Shown here: positions 1 to 11,017 of the stretch, piece after piece | How positions within the stretch are numbered: the first letter of the stretch is position 1 | Layout: every line of letters starts with the position of its first letter | DNA from: Elsinoe ampelina | Lineage: Eukaryota | Direction: 5' to 3' | Assembly (NCBI GenBank): GCA_010093995.1 | Contig: ML992504.1 | Location: forward strand, 1,268,885 to 1,332,884 | Length of the DNA: 64,000 bases | The notes under the pieces: generated by a model | Databases searched by the model: none | The model's input: only the letters and a program-made list of their open reading frames with translations | What the model was told of the DNA's origin: nothing | Made by a program: the position numbers and the translations under genes

Positions 1-1950
1 AGTAAGGTATTCTACTTAGTAAAGTAGAAGGACTAGCCTATTAAGTTTAATAGCTAGGAACCTAAAGAGAATTACGTAAATATAGGAGAGCTAATTACTA
101 TATATAAGTTATAGCTAAGAGTAGCTAAGAAAGGTTACTAAAGGCGCGGATTATAGAGCATATAAGTAGATAGATTATATAAGTATATAAATAGGGTAAA
201 GAGTAGACTCCTTATCTAGGGAAATGTATTTTAATAAAGCGCTACGCTTATACTACTATTACGGGTATTAACCTAAACTCTATACTCTATTATACTCTAT
301 ATAAGGCCTTATTATAGGTATAGCGCTAGGGACGCGCACCTAGCTCGTATATACCTACTTATTCTTATTACTATCCTTATCTACCTCTATACTAAGATTC
401 TTCTCTATAGGTACTATAGGGGCTATAAGCTACTTACTAGCTATAATATAGTCGATTTTAGTAGTAGAACTACTAGAGTTATATACTATCTAAACCTATT
501 AGCTGTGTTTATAACGTATAAGGAGTATAGTCTAACTTACCTCCTTACCGACAGTAATTAAGCTATAAAGGCTACGCCTAATCTTCTATAGCTTCTTAAC
601 CTTCTTATACTTAAGTATAATACTACTAAGCGAGCTATCTATAGGCTCTATATAAGGAGTTAAGACCTCGCTAACAACCTTATTCTTATTAGTGTAGTAT
701 ACCTTAAGTATAGTCTTAAACTTCTTAACCTTAGAAACGTTCTTATAGGCTATAGCGTATATATACTTCTTAGCTACGGTAATACTAGCCTAGTTAGGGG
801 CCTTAAGCTTAGTAACTATATTAAAGGTATTAATATATATATTATATAGGATAGATAGAAGCAACTCGTATATATACTTACTATAGGCATAGTGTTTATA
901 CTTATAATAGAAAAAGACACTAAAGTTACCTCTAGTATAGATATAACCTACTACGAATTAGTTATATCCCTTATAAGAGCTCTATTAGCTTACCCTTAGT
1001 AACGCTATTAGTATACCTAGTATAGGTATTAGCCTCCTCTTTAGGAAGTAAGAGGGTCGTAGGGTTAGTACTAGTAGTAATAGCTCTCTAGGCACTAGTA
1101 GACCTTACGCTATAAGTGTTAGCTATAGGGAGGCTAAAGTTAAATAATATAATAGTTATAGGTAGTATACTTATATAGTAAAAGATTAACAAAATATAGA
1201 TATATTTTAGGTAGAAAAGAAGAACGTAAGGAGAAACAATAAGATTATATAGACTAATCTCTAGTATACTATATCTTTGTTATAGCTACTAGTATAAGGT
1301 ATATATCTCCTATAATACTACTAGAAATTCTAAGAAAAGTAATATTATTACTACCGATTAGCTTTAGCGCTATAGTAACTAGACAAACGCCCCCTTAGGA
1401 ACTAGATTCCTAGGACTACTACTACTAGACATTATATAAGATATATATAAGGCCTTTATAAAAATGCCTTAACTACCTTATACCTATATTACCTCTAAAT
1501 AATACTATATATTACACACTTCTAGTCGAGAGCTAAGGATAGCTCTCCTAGAGGAGAAGGCAATTATAAGGGCTTAGTATTAGAGTAGCACTTAGTAGTA
1601 GCTAGTTCTACTTATGTAATATACTTAAATATTCTATATAGTACTTACGCCTAGGGCTTAATAGCAATTAGTTCTACTACTAACGGACTGTTCGGTTAGA
1701 TAGGCGTTCTCTATATTACGATATACGTAGCTTTAATATAAGGCTTTAATAATTATCTATAGCTAGCTATACACTATATAAGGCGCTTCTACCGAGCTAA
1801 AGAGATAGAGATTTACTCTATACCGCTAAATAGAGCGCTTAGAGATATTATAAGCCCTCTCGATTTAAGCATTTATAAAGAGGTTAGTAAGGATAAGCTT
1901 AACTATATAGCGCCTCTAATCTAGAGTAGTATAATAAGCTATAATTACTA
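1..1950. mobile_element. AT-rich RIP-degenerated repeat/transposon relic (family not identifiable)
   Basis: Very AT-rich, saturated with TpA, visibly depleted of CpA/TpG, with no ORF in the ORF track. Changes to normal GC content near 1950-2100. This is the classic signature of repeat-induced point mutation. Confidence 0.85.
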
Positions 1951-4753
1951 CAACTGTTAGAATTGCTATTACACCTTCTCTGGAGCGCTATTTACGAATT
2001 ACACCAAGTTTTACAGCTTCAATCGCGGTGGTGGTGGAGAAATTGGATAAGTCTTTATTTTGGTGGTGGTAGCTAACAAATTTGGACAGCCGGAGGGGTG
2101 ACGCTGAATCTGAAAACCTCGGTACCCTCCATTGAGCTTCCACCAGGGCTAACTTACTCAACGTGTCTCAATCACAATCTCTTGCCACAAGACATACAAT
2201 TTAAGACCTACCATAGTTCTAAAATGGACTAACCTTCTCCACGAGCAGCATTTCTCTTTCTCCTTCCCCGCTTCTCCTGCGGGCAGCTCTAGCTCAGGCT
2301 TCAGCTGAGATCCTTGCACGGCGAGCTTATGCAAGGCACATTTCTTCTTTCCGCTGTAGGACGAAGCCCTTGCGCTCCCACGATTTGCGCCTGTTGACCG
2401 GTTCGTGGGATCACACAATCTTATTCTCGGCCCGTCGCGTCGGTCAGAAAACGGCCTATCGTAGTCATTCTCAACGGCCAGCACTTGCCATGGCGGTGAC
2501 TTTATACTCGCTTAGGTGAAGATTCCTGCAAGATCCCGCTGACTCTGACTGCTGAGTTCATGGATTTCGGTCTCGCCAGGGCACAACCCTGTCAACAAAT
2601 AGGTAAGCACCTTTCATGCATATCACATGATTCATCCCTCGCGTTGATCCCGACATACACCACCGTCATTCGTGCCGGCTACCAAACATGGACGGCGAAG
2701 AAAAGTCCAGCTCGCCTACCCCTGATACCGTTGCGACTCCTGAATCATGCCAAAAAGCCATCACTACGCACGACGGTTGTGACAACGAAGACCTTCTGCA
2801 CAACCGCCACAACCGGCAGCATCGCAGCGTCTCAGATCTCAATAACGGCTGGTCAGATCATAACAACGCCGCCGGGATATCGATGTCTTGATGTGCCGGT
2901 GCATGCAGCGCCGTCACTGTCCTCCTCCACGCCAGATATCGGTATACCTCACAAGGCACTACAGTGAACACACTTTCACCACTTTGATCTTGCCGTGCTC
3001 TCACGCCCTCCCTCAGCCCCAGACGCATCTCGCCCGTGCCGACCAACGACAACATCCCAATTTCCGCTCATCACCCACCCGTTGAGGCCTATGCAGAACG
3101 CCCTCTCCTCATCCGGACTCTGTAGCATGACCTCCATACGAACGGGCTCAACAGCCACAATGAGCCAGAACGGCAACGGCGCCGGTAAGCGGTAGGGCAA
3201 CGTTCGGTAGGAGATGTCTCGCTTTCGCCACGCATTGCAGCCGCACCGGTTCGTCAAAGCCACACGTAAGTCACCAGTGCAGGCATCTACACGTCTCCTG
3301 TCGTTCTTACACACGCCATCGACGGAGTACATGCATCTGGACTACTAGTGGACTACTAACATTGAGTGATACTTCACAGTTAGAGGGTGAGGCTCGAAGA
3401 CAAGATGCTCCATAGTCCTTGGACGTGACAGGAACTACGCTCGTGTCGCTCAGCGACTGGACAAGGGCGCTACAATCCCTTCAGCAGCAAGACGCGGTAG
3501 GTGCTGCATGTACATCAGCCCCTCCACCATGAGTCACGAAGCTTGTTACTCGGTACCAGTGATGCGTCAACGAGCTTGGTCTTCTGTATCGGTAAGCATT
3601 TCTCCCTGGCGTAAGAGTACACATGATTACATGACCCATTTCGGATACAAGATCGGCACAGTGGGCTCTGTTTCCAGAAGGTACACCCTGAACCCGACAA
3701 CATGGGAGTACGCATCAGAGAGGCGGACCTGGTCGCCGCTTCTGTCAGGGTACCGCTCCACTTGAGGCTGGCCGGAAGCTCGGGCGATTCTGGAGGTATG
3801 GACCATCAAGGGGATGAGGAAGATCCAAGAGAAAGAGGGTATACATAAGCTGAAGTATCACTTACATCAAACATCTAGAGCTGTCCTCTGCCTTGCTTCT
3901 ACCCCTACCCACATCCATCGACCGCTGCGCTCTTGCTCGCTTTCTGTTAGACCAGACTTGGTAGCGTTGTCTGCATCCGCATCCTGCTGGTCGGAGTCGA
4001 TACTTGTCCGTTGTGGTGAACAGTCTCCAATGCGAGGCGTTTTTGTCATTGATAATTGTCGCTGCCAATTCCCCGTCTTCTTTGCTGCCAATTCTGGGGG
4101 CTCTCGTGATGTCTGGCTGCTGGCGTCTTCGACTTGAATGGCTCGGATACGCTGCCTGTGTATCTCTAGGTGACAGTCTGGACATGGCTATGACTTGCTA
4201 AATGTCAAGGGCTTCGTGCCATGGGCCTTTGATGTCTAATTGCGTGCTAGGAAAGAGGTTGACCCTACAGGCAAGGGAACATTCTTACTGTAGCTACCTC
4301 TTAAAGCAGAGAGCCCGAACGCAGTACTCTCCAAGCTGCCGTCTCGGTCCTTGAGATTGAGAAGCTGTATGACACCCGGGCAAGTTGTGATTAGTAGCAC
4401 CGGTAGCAGCGGCAACACCAGTGGTAGCAGCATTGCTTTCGTGCCCGCGGTCAGCCCCTGTTGTCGTCGTTTGACTCGTTGTCTTGAACTAAGACTCAGT
4501 CAACCTCCAACCACATTCATCACATGCAAGGTAGCAAAAATATGATTGACAGCAACATCATGATCGTAATCACAAACCCACATCACCATCGACCCCTCTC
4601 ATCATCGCCTCCCGCCTCTCCCATCTCCAGTCGTCCCCCGCCGCCAAAATCCCGTCAAACCCTCCCCCCTCCCCTTCCGACCCAAAAATTCGCCCCAGCA
4701 TCATTTCCAAGCCTCCGGCGACGACGATATGCTCATTATGAGCGCAAAAGAAC

Positions 4754-4898
4754 TGCTTTGGCCGTGAATCGAACACGGGGCCCATCGACGCTGATCTGGA
4801 AGGACCAGAGCATGGCAACGATGGATTTTACCACTAAACCTGGGAGATGTTAGGGACTGACGCAATGATGGAAAGGTTGGAAGACGAACCACCAAAGC
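4754..4898 (-). tRNA. tRNA-Gly(GCC) with two intervening sequences: 50-nt GT-AG insert (4889-4840) between positions 9/10 and 24-nt canonical intron (4812-4789) at 37/38
   Basis: Reconstructed mature sequence: GCTTTGG TG GTTT AGTGGTA AAAT C CATCG TTGCCAT CGATG GGCC CCGTG TTCGATT CACGG CCAAAGC A. It has a 7/7 acceptor stem, 5/5 anticodon stem, 5/5 T-stem, B box GTTCGATTC, discriminator A, and downstream TTCTTTT. It closely resembles yeast tRNA-Gly(GCC) as recalled. Confidence 0.9.
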
Positions 4899-4945
4899 GG
4901 GTAACCAGGAGCTGGTTTGATGAAGGGTTGGGCGCAAGAAAACAA

Positions 4946-4951
4946 TATATA
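4946..4951 (-). promoter_or_regulatory. TATA element about 50 nt upstream of the tRNA-Gly mature 5' end
   Basis: TATATA at 4946-4951, in a position compatible with TFIIIB/TBP placement for a start about 20 nt upstream of G1. Confidence 0.4.
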
Positions 4952-5911
4952 CCTATTACGTATTGAGGGAGACCTTGCGTGGGCCAGAGGCTGACCGGGG
5001 TCCTTGTAGCGATCGAGGCGGCAGGCGGCGGCGAGATCGAGCGATTCGAGTGGTGGGGCTTGCAGCGAAGCTTCTCAGCTCCAAAATGGCGCCACTGTGG
5101 CTTCGGGGAAAGCATTGTGCGCGTTGTGGTGGGCCTGGAGCGGTGCGGAGCTTGCTCGATGTGCGGAGGTGTTCCGCGTTTTGTGTCGACCATCGAAGTT
5201 GGAAGGTAAGAGGAATTGATATGACATACATGAATGGCATGGAGAGAAAGAAAGAGATGCTAAGAGAGTGGATGTACTGCCCTTGTGTTTGATCGGGGTG
5301 AGGACCTTTCTGGTGTGGTATGCGTGAGACGGTGGCTTTGTATGTGAGGTCCCTTCTCCTGCTGTAAAGTTCGCATCCATGTCTGCTCTGGTAGAGAGAG
5401 CCCGCCAGGTTATGTATGCGCTGCGTGAGCATCTTCTTTTTTGTTGCGAGGGTTCATGTCGGACAGACTAGAAGCGAAAGGGAGTGCTCAAGCATCTGGG
5501 TGCATGATGCGGAGTTGGTGCTCACTGTCGAGAATAGCTCGGAGATTGTACAGCAATTGGCATTAGCCCACTTTGTAAACAAGAAGAGGTTTGATCATGT
5601 AGTCAGAGTATGTGTAAATCTTCGAGGTGTGAGGCAGGAGATGTCGTGGGCCATCCCGTGGCGAGAATTGCCCAAAAGGGAAGCGGACCAGCCCACTCGA
5701 GACGACGACAGCACATGCCATGGAAAATTTCCCAATACCCAATCATGGACAGGGATATCCTCTGTATTTGGTCTACTACACATCCATTCCTCAAAATCAG
5801 CATCGTCCAGACATCAACGCCGCCTGCTCCTTGCTCTTCAACAACGCTCAACAACAGCAACCACACCCTCTCCACCAACGCCTCGCTAACAACACTCCCT
5901 TCACCTGTCGT

Positions 5912-7307
5912 CTAAGCCCCAATCTTCTGCTTCTTCTCCTGCGCCTCCTTGGTCAAAGGCCCACTCTTGACCATCAACGTCATAACCTCATACAAAGTAT
6001 CCGCCGCCGCCATGGTCGTCAACTCAGCGTTGGTATCATAGGCAGGCGCCACCTCGACGATATCAGCAGCGACAAGCTTAATACCCTCCAAACCCCTGAT
6101 GATGGTCCTCAACTCCCTCGTGCTCCACCCACCAGTCTCCGGGGTGCCCGTAGCAGGGGCGAACGCCGGATCGAGGGTATCGATATCGATGGAGAGGTAG
6201 ACTGGGTTCTCATGCCCGACGCGCTCGTGGATGCGCTTGATGATGCCCTCGGTGCCGATGGTGTCGATCTCGCGCGCCTCGACAATGTGGAAGCCGCAGT
6301 AGCCGTCGTTGTCGTAGTCGGAGGGGCCGGAGAGGGTCGTGCGGATACCGGCGTGGATGTTGGTGTCGTTGCGGAGGAGGCCTTCGTGGGAGGCGTGGAA
6401 GAAGTAGGTGCCGTGGTTGATGGAGGCTTGCTTGCTGGGGGAGCCGCCGAAGACCTTTGGCTTCCAGGTGTCGAGATGGGAGTCGAAGTGGATGACGGTG
6501 ATGGGGCCGTAGGCGCGGTTCATGCTGCGGAGGAGCGGGAGGGTGATGGTGTGGTCACCGCCGAGGGTGATGACGCGGGGGAGCGTCTTTCCAGTCTTGG
6601 AGATGCCGACTTCGCCAGCGGAGGTGGCGGGGGCGCGGGAAAGGATGCTGTTGTGGCCTTCTTCGATCTGCTTGAGGGCCCAGGCGTTGTCGTAGCTGGG
6701 AAAGTAAGTCTCAAGCTAGCTCGTGGGAATGGTCTCCTTACGAAGTTACTGGAATGTCACCACAGTCAACGACCTTGGCCCAGGAGTTGAACGGGTTTGC
6801 GTCGAGTGGGACATTGTATCCGCCGCTGAATCGGACCTTTCGTGAGCCTTTGTTCATGTCAAGCATCAGCTTGTTTCTTGTACGTACTATAGATTGAGAC
6901 GGCGAGAACCTTGTCTGATTCCACTTGGTCCGAAACGAGCACCAGGACGGTATGACGTGCCGGTATCGAATGGAGCACCTGTCTAGTCAGCTTCTGTACC
7001 TCGCTGGCAATCAATTCAAGCTCACCGATGAAGGCAATGTCGTACTTGACATGGTCGTTCTTCAAGCAAGGGTGGTAGTTGATCCTGCCAAATGTCGAGA
7101 TACCAGAGAAGACAGAATCGGCCTATCCAGAAATCAGCTTCACCGGCACCAATCGACCTTGCTCAAGCCTACCTGAGTACCACCATCACCTGGCAGAGTA
7201 TTGTACCACAAATCCTCATGAGGACCATTCAACGGCTCCTGAGTATGATCTCCATGAGCAGAGACCGTCGCAGCAAGAGCTGCAACAGCAGCGACGACCT
7301 TGTACAT
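5912..7307 (-). CDS. Agmatinase/ureohydrolase (arginase family) with N-terminal signal peptide; 5 exons
   Basis: Motifs [52 protein letters not shown] and DIVEVAP. Hydrophobic N-terminus [17 protein letters not shown]. Four canonical GT-AG introns join the exons in frame. Confidence 0.93.
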
Positions 7308-8034
7308 GACTGAAATACCACGTGAAGAGGTCACAAACAGTTCAAGAGGAAACGAAAGGTGATCAAGAACGTAAAGACCAAAAAAGTGCCTCCTCACAAG
7401 AGCTCTAGCTCCAAACTTTTTCCAATCCGAGACAGCTATTTACCTAACACCGGCACGTCATGACCCAATCTGGCCGAGCAACGAGGGGCAGATCTCGTAA
7501 CCGACTTGTCATCGACCCCCCCGAGATCAGACACATGGGCTTGTCGCGGGCGGCGGTGGGAGTGAGGGACGAAGCTCTCCTGAGTGGTGAGATAGGCGGC
7601 GAAACGTAAGAGGCGGGACGCACGTGTGGGGAAAAAAATGCACGGAGCTTTGGGACGGGTCGCGAGGGGTGGTGAGCTCCAGATCGGTTCCTGGATCATG
7701 GTCTAGCGCGGCGATAGATAGGAGGCTCGCGGTGCTGGTGGCTTGTTTTGCTTCGTGCAGGACCGGTTTTCTCGTCGTGCTTGGTTGCGTGGTTCTTAGT
7801 CAAGGTTGTCGGCTATTACTTGAGACCGTGTCAGGCGAGTTATTCACCATCCTTGATCATTCAGGGAGCGGTGTCGTCACTGATAAGGTCAAGCATCAGA
7901 CGGCGGTTCCTGGGGGGCTTGTCTTGGTTGAGATGTGGAGCTATTACCGACGGAGGCACGCCGCAGAGCCGCGATTGCGTGAGCTAGGGAGTCATGGTGC
8001 TTTTCATACAGTCGTCATTTTCTATCTAAACAGT

Positions 8035-9588
8035 CTATTCATGGTCGTGGTCGATGCCGTCCTCGTAGCCGGCTTCCTGTCTATCGCCCGAGTCCAATCT
8101 TGCGAGAGCTTGTTGGGCCTGGTATTCCCAATTGCTGAAAGCGACGATTGCCCACTCTGCGAACCCAACGAGATACAGAGCAATGCACTGTCCAACCCAG
8201 AGACCCGCCAATCCCCAGCCATTGAATGCGAGCCAGATCCCCAAGGGAAGGGCGCCGAAGTAGTAGCTCACAATGTTGACAATGGCGCCAATGTGCTGTC
8301 TACCCGCTCCTCTCAGGGAACCTCCACAAGAGCCATTGAGACCGTCTGCGATCTGGAAGAGTGCCACATATGGCATGACATCTGCCGTGAGCTTGACTAC
8401 GTCCGGGTCGTCGTTGAAGATTTTTGCGTAAAAGTCCTTGACGCCCATCAGGATAGCCAGGACAATAGTTCCAAGCAGCATAGCGAGAAAAGCAGACACA
8501 TTAGCCGCTCTCGATGCACCCTTCGCGTTCTGTGCACCTAGCAAGTTGCCAACTCGAGCAGATGTCGCCACACCGACACCAAACGGGATTGTGTTCATGA
8601 TCTGGTCAGTAGTCATGATAACACTCTGAGCCGCGAGTGGAATCGTGCCGAGTCTTCCAGCTGCGAGAGCGACAATTTCGAATGCCCACCATTCTGTGCC
8701 TACGTGAACGAAGCCGAGGAAAGCGAGTTTACTGAATGTTCCGAGGTTTTGCATACATTTTTTGGACCAGCCGCCCCAGCATTGCGACCCGTTCACGAAT
8801 TTGGCGTATGCTACCAGGAGAAAGAACGATAGCCAATATGAAATGCCAGTCGCGATCGGTGCACCCAGAAGACCGATCTTGAATGTGTATACGAACAGAT
8901 AGTTCAACCCAGCATTGAGTGGAGAAGTGATGAGCAAAACATAGGTTCCCGGACGCATGATCTCCTGAGCCTGGAGGTATTTTTTCATGCACTCAAAATA
9001 GATGTAGCCCAGTCCACCAGGGATCAAAGTCCAGAGGAAACGCGCAGAGTCGCGAGCGATGTACTCTTCCTGCCCAAGAGCTCGGAAAAGCGGTGCTGCT
9101 GCGAGCCAGACTATTACGATAGGGATGTAGAATAAAGTCATGACCAGAAATCCTCGCTGAAGGATAATGCCGAGATCGTGCTTGTCTTTGCTGCCCGTGA
9201 AACTGGCACTGGCGATCGTGTCAATGGCAGTGGTTCCTCCCAAAGCAATCAGCCATGCTGTAGCCATGGCAAACATGTAGGAGAATGCTGCCGTGGCTAA
9301 TGCTTCTGGTGAGAGGCGCCCGACGACCAGAATTGAGACTGTCTGCAGGGACATCTGCAGCGAATATGCTAGTACGACTGGAATTGAGCCCTTGAATAGG
9401 ATCCAGAACTCGGACAAGATGAGTTGCGTCTTCGACTTGTCCTCGTCGTCGAGCGCATCCTGGCTAACCAAAGATCGAGTCTCATCGTCCGGTTTGGGTA
9501 GCAGTCTCGTCCTCTCATTCGGCGGTGTGGCCGACTGACTTCGCTCGTGAGAGCTCGTCGGGCTGATAGTCGTCTGTTCGACCGCCAT
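8035..9588 (-). CDS. MATE-family efflux transporter (ERC1-like), intronless
   Basis: 517-aa ORF with many TM segments and MATE signatures (EWWAFEI, RVGNLLGA, QIADGLNG...LRGAGRQ). N-terminal ERTRLL dileucine motif. Confidence 0.95.
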   Translation of the reverse strand: MAVEQTTISPTSSHERSQSATPPNERTRLLPKPDDETRSLVSQDALDDEDKSKTQLILSEFWILFKGSIPVVLAYSLQMSLQTVSILVVGRLSPEALATAAFSYMFAMATAWLIALGGTTAIDTIASASFTGSKDKHDLGIILQRGFLVMTLFYIPIVIVWLAAAPLFRALGQEEYIARDSARFLWTLIPGGLGYIYFECMKKYLQAQEIMRPGTYVLLITSPLNAGLNYLFVYTFKIGLLGAPIATGISYWLSFFLLVAYAKFVNGSQCWGGWSKKCMQNLGTFSKLAFLGFVHVGTEWWAFEIVALAAGRLGTIPLAAQSVIMTTDQIMNTIPFGVGVATSARVGNLLGAQNAKGASRAANVSAFLAMLLGTIVLAILMGVKDFYAKIFNDDPDVVKLTADVMPYVALFQIADGLNGSCGGSLRGAGRQHIGAIVNIVSYYFGALPLGIWLAFNGWGLAGLWVGQCIALYLVGFAEWAIVAFSNWEYQAQQALARLDSGDRQEAGYEDGIDHDHE

Positions 9589-11017
9589 GTTGGAATTGAA
9601 CGATTATTCGCCTTCTGTGATCCTCAGTGGTAAGCTGACTATAGTGACACAGCCATTCTCTCGAGCCACGTGAGCTCGGCAGGCACCCAGAGTCAATCCA
9701 GACTATTTGAACAAACACAAGATAGCAGAAAAGTGCTGAGATGACGGTGAGTGACCCATAGATAGCAACTGCAGGACCTACATCACCAAGACAAGCAGCA
9801 CCTTTTTTCCAGCCCAGATCTCAATCACGTAACAAGGACATTCCGCCGATCCGCCATAACGTAAACCGCCAGCGGGTTGCATCTTTGGTCAGAACCCTGT
9901 CGGTCCAGGAACCAGTACCACGCACATGGCAGCAGATGGGCATCGGCCGGCGAGACATGTCGTGGAAGAAACCGTGCCAGAACCAAGTGCCGAGCAAGGT
10001 GGCTTATCGAGGAGCACCAGGCGAGGTAGAAACCGGTGCGTGACTAAACAACGCGACAAATATCTACGATGTGCCGTCGAACTCTATTCCGGGCGCCCTC
10101 GTCAGCGCCGGAAATTTGTGTCTCATGGCCTTTTTTACTCAATAACAAAGAGTAATTGACAGGACCTTTCCGCCGGCCAAAAGACGTGTTGGTTTCAAGG
10201 TCGAGTCTGTGTCATCCAAACGGCAGAGATGAACTTGCGTTCCCACAACTGTTTGGTAGGTGATCCGACCACCTCTGAACCCTGCAGGGAAGAAAAAGCG
10301 TTCTGCCCTATACTCGTACTTGCATGGTGAGATGCCCAGCGATAGCCCACGATAGCACCCGCCCTGATCCGAAGGGACCCCGTGCGATTCATGGAACGAG
10401 CAAACGTGCAGGAAAACCTGCATGCACAAGCTCGGTATAGTTTGGACCACCATTTCGCTTGGAAGCCCTACCACGCCGCAATATTGAAGAGGTGCACCAC
10501 GTTTCCGGTATGGTATGGTAGCCCGGTGGACCCCAAGGCTTGCGTCCAGACTCCAGAGTGCTCTCCGTCGAATCTCATCTCAGAAAAAAGCCACCGCGAA
10601 CGTGCTAGTGTGTCTGACCTAGATAAGCAAACGTCCGCGTATCAGCCAGAGAAGCGAGCGAGGCCGTGGCTATCTACTTCCGCCTATCAATCGGTCTGGA
10701 GAAGACACAATCGAGACAGGCTTTTCGTCGAGGATGCCAGATGAGGTGCCACATGTGGTACCTGCTGAGGGTCCGATGGGTTCCTCTTCTTCATTGGAAA
10801 ATCTAGAAAGACCAAGCTTTTGCCAGGAACGCATTGAGGATTCTTGCACGAGCACTTGCCCTTTCCCGACTATAGGCCTTTTGCTGTGTACCTTTTTCGC
10901 AAAGGACAATTTCCTTGTGGTAGCTTTCTCTTGAGCAGGGGGTTTCTCGCTCCAAGCATCTTGTCGCTCCTTTTGTTTCTTCTGTCGTCGCGGCTCTTAT
11001 CAGTACACTTATCAGCC

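Noticed and set aside
1950..2100. Short repeats at the RIP boundary (TTACACC twice, GGTGGTGGT...TTGGA twice) as a transposon terminus
   Set aside because: Too short, and no matching second end in the window.
2158..4550. Many short ORFs next to the RIP block
   Set aside because: No recognisable motif or consistent exon chain. Possibly decayed genes, but not supportable.
5720..6790. 356-aa plus-strand ORF (similar cases: 61110-62063, 7624-8541, 41782-42528, 53020-53793, 32336-33280)
   Set aside because: Antisense or alternative-frame shadows of real genes, caused by high GC at third codon positions. No independent motifs.
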